A DNA stretch of 35,984 bases, taken from NCBI GenBank assembly GCA_014380155.1, contig JACMKJ010000488.1, positions 1 through 35,984 of the forward strand, in the 5' to 3' direction. The translations under genes and the position numbers were made by a program. The notes below the pieces were generated by a model. It made no database searches and was not told the origin of the DNA. It worked only from the letters and a program-made list of their open reading frames with translations. The stretch comes from Rhizobacter sp. Lineage in GTDB: Bacteria; Pseudomonadota; Gammaproteobacteria; Burkholderiales; Burkholderiaceae_C. Below, piece by piece: positions 26,153-35,984 of the stretch. Numbering within the stretch: the first letter of the stretch is position 1; every line of letters starts with the position of its first letter.

Positions 26153-28305
26153 AGAACATGCAGGAGATACAGATCATGGGTAATTTGCGGGCTCGTGTCC
26201 TGGCGCTCGCGTTGCTCGTCGCCGCGCCCGGGATGGCTTTGGCACAGAACGCGATCCAGTCGATCAGCAGCACACAGCAGTCTGGCTCAGAGGTGGTGCG
26301 AATCGAATTGTCGGAGCCACTGGCTGCTGTGCCATCTGGCTTCACGGTGCAAACACCGCCCCGCATCGCCCTGGATCTGCCGAACGTCGGCAATGCGATG
26401 GGTCGCTCCAACATCGAGATCAATCAAGGTAACCTGCGGTCGGTGAATGTGGCGCAAGCCGGTGACCGCACGCGGCTGGTGCTGAACCTGAAACAGGCGG
26501 CGAACTACAAGGCGCAGATTCAAGGCAAAGTCTTGATGGTCGTGATGGAGAGCTCGGCCTCCTCCGCAGCTCAAAGCGCAGCGGCTGAGCCGGTGCGTTT
26601 TGCCGAGCCTCTGAACCAGTCTCAGCTGGCGCTGAAAGGCATTGACTTCCGTCGAGGCCAGGATGGGTCCGGGCGCGTTGTGGTGGATCTGCCTAACAAT
26701 CAAGTGGGCGTTGACATTCGCCAGCAAGGCCAGAGCTTGGTGGTGGAATTCTTGCGCTCTAGCCTTCCCGAGAACCTGCGCCGCAAGCTCGACGTGACGG
26801 ATTTCGGAACGCCTGTTCAATCGGTGTCGACCTTCCAGAACGGTGACCGTGTGCGCATGGTGGTCGAGCCCCGCGGTGCGTGGGAGCACAGTGCTTACCA
26901 AACGGATAACCAGTTTGTGCTGGAGGTGCGAGTTCAGAAAACTGATCCAAACAAGCTGGTCCAGGGGCCTGGCTATGCGGGTGAGAAGTTGTCTCTGAAC
27001 TTCCAGAACATTGAAGTGCGCGCCTTGCTGCAAGTGATCGCTGATTTCACCAACTTCAATGTGGTGACCAGTGACACTGTCACAGGCAATGTGACGCTTC
27101 GCCTGAAGGACGTTCCTTGGGATCAAGCGCTTGACATCATCCTCCAAGCCAAGGGGCTTGGCCTGCGCAAATCCGGCAACGTGATCTTGATCGCCCCCAA
27201 AGACGAACTGGCTGCGAAGGAAAAGGTCGACCTTGAAGCCAAGGCGCAGGTCGCCAGCTTGGAGCCGGTGAGGACGCAATCCTTCCAACTGAACTACACC
27301 AAGGCCGAAGAAGTCGCTAAGGGCTTGACTGGTCAAAGTGGCGGTGGGGGTGGTGGTGGGGCGTCTTCGCGCATCCTTTCTCCGAGAGGCAGTGTGATCG
27401 CGGAGTCACGCACGAACCAGCTGTTCATCACCGACATCCCATCCAAGTTGGAAGAGGTGCAGGCGATGATTGCAAAGATCGACATCCCTGTCAGGCAGGT
27501 GCTGATTGAGGCTCGAATTGTCGAGGCGGGTGACTCCTTCGGGCGCTCTCTTGGGGTCAAGCTGGGCTCTACCGATCTGCGCGGTTTGCGTGGCGGCGTG
27601 GCCGGCTACGGGACCCCCGACATGAGCGTCGGCATCGGTGGCAACATGAACGCCATCGGGCTTCAAACAGGTCAGGTGGCTGGCACGAGCGTGCCGTTCA
27701 ACGACTCGCAGTTCATCAGCCTGCCCGCAGTGGGGCAAAACAATTACAGCGCCGCGACGTTTGCTGTTTCGCTGTTCAGCGCGGCAGCCAACCGCTTCCT
27801 CAATCTTGAGATTTCGGCTCTCGAAGCCGATGGCAAGGGCAAGATTGTTTCGAGCCCTCGTGTGATCACCGCAGACCAGGTCAAAGCGTTGATTGAGCAA
27901 GGCGAAGAGTTGCCTTACCAGACCGCCACTTCAAGCGGTGCAACAGCGCTCCAATTCCGGAAGGCCAACCTCAGGTTGGAAGTCACACCTCAGATCACAC
28001 CTGAAGGTAATGTCATTCTTGATGTGGATGTCAACAAGGACAGCGTGGGAAGATCAACTGCAGCGGGCTTCGCAATCGATACCAAACATGTCCGCACTCA
28101 GATCTTGGTCGAAAATGGTGGCACGGTCGTTATCGGCGGCATCTACACGCAGTCCGAGCGTGAAGACGTGACCAAGGTTCCTTTGTTAGGTGACATACCT
28201 TTGTTGGGTAATCTGTTCAAGACCAGAACCCGCACGACGGCCAAGACTGAACTGCTGGTGTTCTTGACACCCAAGGTGATCAGCGATCGGGGGGCGGCGC
28301 GATGA
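26149..28305 (+). CDS. pilQ: Type IV pilus secretin PilQ
   Basis: AMIN-like domains, YAGEKLSLNFQNIEVR, VPWDQALD, secretin domain (QVLIEARIV, KVPLLGDIPLLGNLF). Confidence 0.97.
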   Translation: MKNMQEIQIMGNLRARVLALALLVAAPGMALAQNAIQSISSTQQSGSEVVRIELSEPLAAVPSGFTVQTPPRIALDLPNVGNAMGRSNIEINQGNLRSVNVAQAGDRTRLVLNLKQAANYKAQIQGKVLMVVMESSASSAAQSAAAEPVRFAEPLNQSQLALKGIDFRRGQDGSGRVVVDLPNNQVGVDIRQQGQSLVVEFLRSSLPENLRRKLDVTDFGTPVQSVSTFQNGDRVRMVVEPRGAWEHSAYQTDNQFVLEVRVQKTDPNKLVQGPGYAGEKLSLNFQNIEVRALLQVIADFTNFNVVTSDTVTGNVTLRLKDVPWDQALDIILQAKGLGLRKSGNVILIAPKDELAAKEKVDLEAKAQVASLEPVRTQSFQLNYTKAEEVAKGLTGQSGGGGGGGASSRILSPRGSVIAESRTNQLFITDIPSKLEEVQAMIAKIDIPVRQVLIEARIVEAGDSFGRSLGVKLGSTDLRGLRGGVAGYGTPDMSVGIGGNMNAIGLQTGQVAGTSVPFNDSQFISLPAVGQNNYSAATFAVSLFSAAANRFLNLEISALEADGKGKIVSSPRVITADQVKALIEQGEELPYQTATSSGATALQFRKANLRLEVTPQITPEGNVILDVDVNKDSVGRSTAAGFAIDTKHVRTQILVENGGTVVIGGIYTQSEREDVTKVPLLGDIPLLGNLFKTRTRTTAKTELLVFLTPKVISDRGAAR

Positions 28306-28349
28306 GCGCCGGCAAGTTTGAGCAGACATTTGCAAAACGGGTGAAATCG

Positions 28350-28769
28350 ATGAAAGCAAATCCGAAGTCCGCCTTTGTGGCGATGGTGGCTGTGCTGGCG
28401 ATGACGGCGTGTGGGGGCAGTTCCGACGACGGTGCCGGGCAAATCTCCGCGTTCCAAGTCAGCCCCGACGCAATTACCCTGAATTCAGGCGACGATTTTT
28501 GTCCCGCCACCGACTCCAGAGTGGCCGATGTCCAGGTAGTAGGGGGCACTGCTCCTTATCGGGTGACCAGCAGTCAACACCTGGCGATCACTTTCGGGCC
28601 AGCGGGCAGCACAGCGCCGACCACCCAGGGCTCATACACCGTTTCCAACCGCAATGGGCAGTTCGCGGTGTTCGTTACGGGTTGCCTTGATTTGCCCATT
28701 ACCGTTTTGGATGATCTCGGTCGTCTCGCGACGGTACAAATCACTGCGGCATCCGGGTCTGGTAGCTAA
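28350..28769 (+). CDS. Hypothetical lipoprotein, predicted beta-sandwich/Ig-like (alternative start 28302)
   Basis: MKANPKSAFVAMVAVLAMTA-C lipoprotein signal, GGSS linker, VVGGTAPYRVTSS motif, two further Cys. Confidence 0.75.
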   Translation: MKANPKSAFVAMVAVLAMTACGGSSDDGAGQISAFQVSPDAITLNSGDDFCPATDSRVADVQVVGGTAPYRVTSSQHLAITFGPAGSTAPTTQGSYTVSNRNGQFAVFVTGCLDLPITVLDDLGRLATVQITAASGSGS

Positions 28770-28791
28770 CGGCGGCGGGCAGTAGCGCCTC

Positions 28792-29376
28792 ATGACGGTG
28801 TGGGCGAATAGAGCTCGCATCGCCTTGGTGGGCATGCCTGGCGGCGGCAAGTCAACTGTTGGCCGCCAACTGGCCAAACGTCTCCATTGGCAGTTCGATG
28901 ATTCGGACACATTGATAGAAAAGCGCCTGGGATGCTCGATTCGCAGCTACTTTGCCTCTCAAGGTGAAAGCGCGTTTCGCGACGTCGAAGAATCGGTCAT
29001 TGAAAAGGCGGCATCCGGCGACCGCCTGGTGTTGGCCACCGGCGGAGGCGCAGTGCTTCGTGAGCGCAATCGCCACGCCCTCAACTCTCGTTGCCACGTG
29101 ATCTACCTTCGGTCTTCACCGGAGGAGCTGTTTCGCCGGCTGCGCAACGACACCACTCGCCCCTTGCTCCAAGTCACCGACCCACTGGCGCGCTTGCGGG
29201 AGCTCTTCGACGAACGAGATCCCCTCTACCGCGAGGTGTCTCACTTCACCGTCGAGACGGGGCGCCCATCGGTTGCATCACTCGTGAACATGGTGTTGAT
29301 GCAGCTTGAACTTGCCGGTGTCATCGACCCTGATCTGGTGCCATCCCCCGTCGGCGTGCCCACGACCCCGCACTAA
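28792..29376 (+). CDS. aroK: Shikimate kinase
   Basis: LVGMPGGGKSTVG P-loop, GESAFR, LATGGGAV, RPLL, RDPLY. Confidence 0.95.
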   Translation: MTVWANRARIALVGMPGGGKSTVGRQLAKRLHWQFDDSDTLIEKRLGCSIRSYFASQGESAFRDVEESVIEKAASGDRLVLATGGGAVLRERNRHALNSRCHVIYLRSSPEELFRRLRNDTTRPLLQVTDPLARLRELFDERDPLYREVSHFTVETGRPSVASLVNMVLMQLELAGVIDPDLVPSPVGVPTTPH

Positions 29377-29409
29377 AAAGCCAAGCGCTCGCCCGCTACA
29401 CTTCTGCGC

Positions 29410-30501
29410 ATGCGCACGCAAACTGAGCGAGTCGACATCCAACTGGGCGACCGCAGCTATGACATCCTGATAGGCAGCGGCTTGCTCGCACAAAGTGTCA
29501 GTTTTGACGGCGTGCAGCGTGCATCGAGTGCGGTTATCGTGACCAATCCGACCGTCGCCAGCCTGTATTCAGCGCAACTGCACACGGCATTGCGAACCCT
29601 CTATCCGAAGGTTTTGCAGATCGAACTCCAGGACGGTGAGGCCTTCAAGGACTGGAGCTCACTCAACCAGATCTTCGAAGCGCTGCTGAGCGCCGGCTGT
29701 GACCGCAAGACCGTGATCTATGCGCTGGGTGGTGGTGTGGTTGGCGATGTGGCGGGCTTCGCCGCTGCTTGCTACATGCGTGGTGTCCCCTTCGTCCAGG
29801 TACCGACCACCTTGCTGGCGCAAGTGGACTCGTCGGTGGGTGGCAAGACCGCGATCAACCACCCGCTTGGCAAGAACATGATCGGTGCGTTCTACCAACC
29901 ACTGCGTGTGGTTGCCGACTTGGATACGCTCGATACCTTGCCAGACCGCGAGCTCTCCGCCGGCTTGGCCGAGGTTATCAAGTACGGCCCGATCGCCGAC
30001 GATGCGTTTCTGAGCTGGATCGAAACCAACCTCGATGCCCTTTGGGCTCGCGACAAGGCTGCTCTTGCGCATGCCGTGAAGCGCTCGTGCGAGATCAAGG
30101 CGTGGGTGGTGAGTCAGGATGAGCGCGAGTCTGGCGTGCGCGCCATCCTCAACTTCGGCCACACCTTCGGACATGCCATTGAAGCAGGCCTCGGTTATGG
30201 CGCGTGGTTGCATGGCGAGGCTGTGGGTTGCGGCATGGTGATGGCGGCCGACTTGTCGCGCCGGCTTGGCTTGATCGACACTGCTTACGTCGACCGCCTC
30301 ACCCGCTTGATCGAACGTGCCAAGCTACCGATCCGAGGCCCAGCCCTTGGATCTGAGCGTTACCTGGAGCTGATGCGCGTTGACAAGAAGTCAGAAGGCG
30401 GTGAAATACGATTTGTGGTGATCGATGCGCCGGGCCGGGCGTCCATGCGCGCAGCACCCGATGCCGTCGTGCGCGACGTGATCGCCACGCACACCGCTTG
30501 A
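29410..30501 (+). CDS. aroB: 3-dehydroquinate synthase
   Basis: [43 protein letters not shown]. Confidence 0.97.
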   Translation: MRTQTERVDIQLGDRSYDILIGSGLLAQSVSFDGVQRASSAVIVTNPTVASLYSAQLHTALRTLYPKVLQIELQDGEAFKDWSSLNQIFEALLSAGCDRKTVIYALGGGVVGDVAGFAAACYMRGVPFVQVPTTLLAQVDSSVGGKTAINHPLGKNMIGAFYQPLRVVADLDTLDTLPDRELSAGLAEVIKYGPIADDAFLSWIETNLDALWARDKAALAHAVKRSCEIKAWVVSQDERESGVRAILNFGHTFGHAIEAGLGYGAWLHGEAVGCGMVMAADLSRRLGLIDTAYVDRLTRLIERAKLPIRGPALGSERYLELMRVDKKSEGGEIRFVVIDAPGRASMRAAPDAVVRDVIATHTA

Positions 30502-30529
30502 TCGCAAGGCGCAGCTGAGCCCTCTGTCC

Positions 30530-31663
30530 ATGCTGCAGCCATTTGCGTGCGACCCGACGGCCTCACGAGGCCGGCGGCACCCGGAGCCTTCGGCGCCCAC
30601 GCGCAGCGAATACCAACGTGACCGTGATCGCATCGTGCACAGCACGGCTTTCCGCCGTCTGGTCTACAAAACTCAGGTCTTCCTGAACCACGAAGGCGAC
30701 CTCTTCCGCACGCGGTTGACTCATTCACTCGAAGTCGCGCAACTCGGCCGCTCCATCGCTCGAACACTCGGCCTGAATGAAGATCTCGTCGAAGCCATCG
30801 CCCTTGCACACGATCTGGGCCACACCCCGTTTGGACACGCCGGGCAGGATGCGCTGAACGAGTGCTTGCGTGTCGCCGACCCGTCTAGCGGGGGCTTTGA
30901 ACACAATTTGCAGAGCCTGCGGGTGGTCGACTTTCTGGAGGAGCGCTATCCGGACTTCGACGGACTCAACCTGACCTTCGAGACCCGAGAGGGTGTTCTC
31001 AAGCATTGCTCGCTGCGCCATGCCGAGCGACTGGTAGTGGCCGAGCCGCAGGGGGTGGGGCGTCGTTTCCTCGATCGCACCCAACCCAGCCTCGAAGCCC
31101 AGCTGTGCAACCTGGCCGATGAGATTGCGTACAACGCCCACGATGTGGACGACGGTGTGCGCTCCGGTCTGATCAACATGGAGCAACTGCAAGACCTTGC
31201 CTTGTTCGCCCGCTTTCGCCAGCAAGCGATCGCACAGCACCCGGGGCTCGCCGGCCGGCGACTCTTGTTCGAAAGCATTCGCCGCATGCTGTCGGCCCAG
31301 GTGTACGACGTGCTCGATGCCACCGGGGCCGCCCTGCGGGAGGCCGGGCCGAGTCATGTCGATGAAGTGCGTGCGGCGCCTGCGCTGGTTCGCTTCAGCC
31401 CGGCCATGGCCCGAGAAAGTGTCGAGCTCAAAAATTTTCTGCGCACCAACCTCTACCGGCACCCTCAGGTGGTGGCCACCACGGATCATGCCAAGCAGGT
31501 AATTCACGACCTCTTCCTCGCCTATCAAAAAGATCCTGGAGAGTGGGCGCTTGCACGAAGAGAAGTTCGCTTGAGAGATATCGCCGACTACATCGCCGGC
31601 ATGACCGACCGTTTTGCCATGCGCGAGCATGAGCGGCTGACCGGGCGGCGGCTCTTCGACTGA
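30530..31663 (+). CDS. dgt: Deoxyguanosinetriphosphate triphosphohydrolase (HD superfamily)
   Basis: RDRDRI, FRRL.YKTQV, RTRLTHSLEV, AHDLGHTPFGHAG, ADEIAY..HD, DYIAGMTD. Confidence 0.95.
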   Translation: MLQPFACDPTASRGRRHPEPSAPTRSEYQRDRDRIVHSTAFRRLVYKTQVFLNHEGDLFRTRLTHSLEVAQLGRSIARTLGLNEDLVEAIALAHDLGHTPFGHAGQDALNECLRVADPSSGGFEHNLQSLRVVDFLEERYPDFDGLNLTFETREGVLKHCSLRHAERLVVAEPQGVGRRFLDRTQPSLEAQLCNLADEIAYNAHDVDDGVRSGLINMEQLQDLALFARFRQQAIAQHPGLAGRRLLFESIRRMLSAQVYDVLDATGAALREAGPSHVDEVRAAPALVRFSPAMARESVELKNFLRTNLYRHPQVVATTDHAKQVIHDLFLAYQKDPGEWALARREVRLRDIADYIAGMTDRFAMREHERLTGRRLFD

Positions 31664-31667
31664 GCTC

Positions 31668-32363
31668 ATGGCGCGCCTCACCCGCCTGTGTGTCCCTGGC
31701 TGGCCTCACCTGGTCATGCAGTCTGGGCACAACCATCAGCCGGTGTTTCAGGACGATGTCGACCGCAAGCTCTTTATCGAGTTGCTGCAATCAGCAGCTT
31801 CGACCCACGGCGTGGGGGTACACGCCTACACCTTGCTCGACGACGAAGTTCGGCTGCTCGCCACGCCGGCCGATGTCGACAGCCTCAGCCGCATGATGCA
31901 AGCGGTGGGGCGCCGCTATGGCAGCGCTTTCAACCGCCGCCACGGCCACACGGGCAGTCTGTGGGAGGGGCGATTCAGGGCAACGGTCATCGAGCCGGAA
32001 CGCCACTTGCTTGATTGCATGCGTTACGTCGAACAAGAGGCCGCAGGCGATGAAGCCGGCACGGGTTTGGGGCAGCGTTTGTGGTCTAGCGCGGCTCATC
32101 ATCTGGGCGAGCGGGTCGATCCGTTGATCAGCGACCACCTTCTCTATTGGTCTTTGGGCAATACACCGTTTGAGCGAGAAGCTGCATACAGAGACTTGCT
32201 GCAGCAGGCGCTCACTCCATCAGAAGTGTTCTCGATATCAGCAGCCGCCAGGAAAGGGTGGCCACTGGGATCTGGCGGCTTCCTGACAGAGTTGTCGGCC
32301 AGCACACCAAGGAGATTGGCGCCGTTGCCGCGCGGGAGGCCTCGCAGGACGGCTGTTGATTGA
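31668..32363 (+). CDS. Y1/IS200-like (RAYT/TnpA-REP type) transposase homologue, HUH motif degenerate
   Basis: MARL.R...PG.PH, HAY.L....V.LLATP, LSRMMQAVGRRY...FNRRH..TGSLWEGRFRA, C.RY, WSSA.HHLG, LGNTPFEREAAY, C-terminal PRGRPR. Confidence 0.85.
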   Translation: MARLTRLCVPGWPHLVMQSGHNHQPVFQDDVDRKLFIELLQSAASTHGVGVHAYTLLDDEVRLLATPADVDSLSRMMQAVGRRYGSAFNRRHGHTGSLWEGRFRATVIEPERHLLDCMRYVEQEAAGDEAGTGLGQRLWSSAAHHLGERVDPLISDHLLYWSLGNTPFEREAAYRDLLQQALTPSEVFSISAAARKGWPLGSGGFLTELSASTPRRLAPLPRGRPRRTAVD

Positions 32364-32368
32364 TATGC

Positions 32369-32428
32369 CCCCAATTAATTTGACTGCGCCTCTGATGCTG
32401 TTCAAATAGATTCAGACCCCATTTAATT
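32369..32428 (+). repeat. Two 12-bp direct repeats CCCCA(A/T)TTAATT, 48 bp apart
   Basis: CCCCAATTAATT 32369-32380 and CCCCATTTAATT 32417-32428 (11/12 identical). Confidence 0.75.
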
Positions 32429-32431
32429 CCG

Positions 32432-32460
32432 TTGAAGACCCTGCTGCGCTGCAGTATTCT
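32432..32460 (+). promoter_or_regulatory. Putative sigma70 promoter of gltB
   Basis: TTGAAG (32432-32437), 17 bp, TATTCT (32455-32460); GGAG RBS before ATG 32495. Confidence 0.65.
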
Positions 32461-32494
32461 TCGTCCCATCCATAGCTTTGAGACGGAGTGCGCC

Positions 32495-35984
<3,490 letters not shown>

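Noticed and set aside
31640-32494. Active IS200/IS605 element or REP/REPIN array around the Y1 gene
   Set aside because: No tnpB, no GTAG/CCAG-footed REP hairpins and no subterminal hairpins seen; HUH motif is lost

Overview
GC-rich betaproteobacterial (Burkholderiales; Rubrivivax/Sphaerotilus/Comamonadaceae-like gene order, inferred) core-genome segment. Left to right: a type II secretion cluster (gspG-H-I-J-K-L-M-N-D-E on the minus strand, gspE truncated by the window edge; divergent short gspC), a divergent CobT-like protein, ilvA, a double-hairpin anti-Shine-Dalgarno sRNA, an OsmC-family gene, coq7, a trimeric porin, a peptide/nickel-family ABC operon (B-A-C-D-F order), lptM-like lipoprotein/cyaY, mrcA (PBP1A), pilMNOPQ plus an extra Ig-like lipoprotein, aroK-aroB-dgt, a Y1/RAYT-type transposase homologue and the 5' part of gltB. 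Most interesting: the RAYT-like protein has lost its HUH catalytic motif, is embedded in the aroK-aroB-dgt run, and is followed by two 12-bp direct repeats abutting the gltB promoter, suggesting a domesticated transposase acting as a regulator (hypothesis). Also notable: a CobT paralogue with a remodelled active site, the sRNA with a palindromic operator over its -35, a porin with a CxxC motif, and several apparently leaderless genes. All calls come from reading sequence and motifs; no searches were run.
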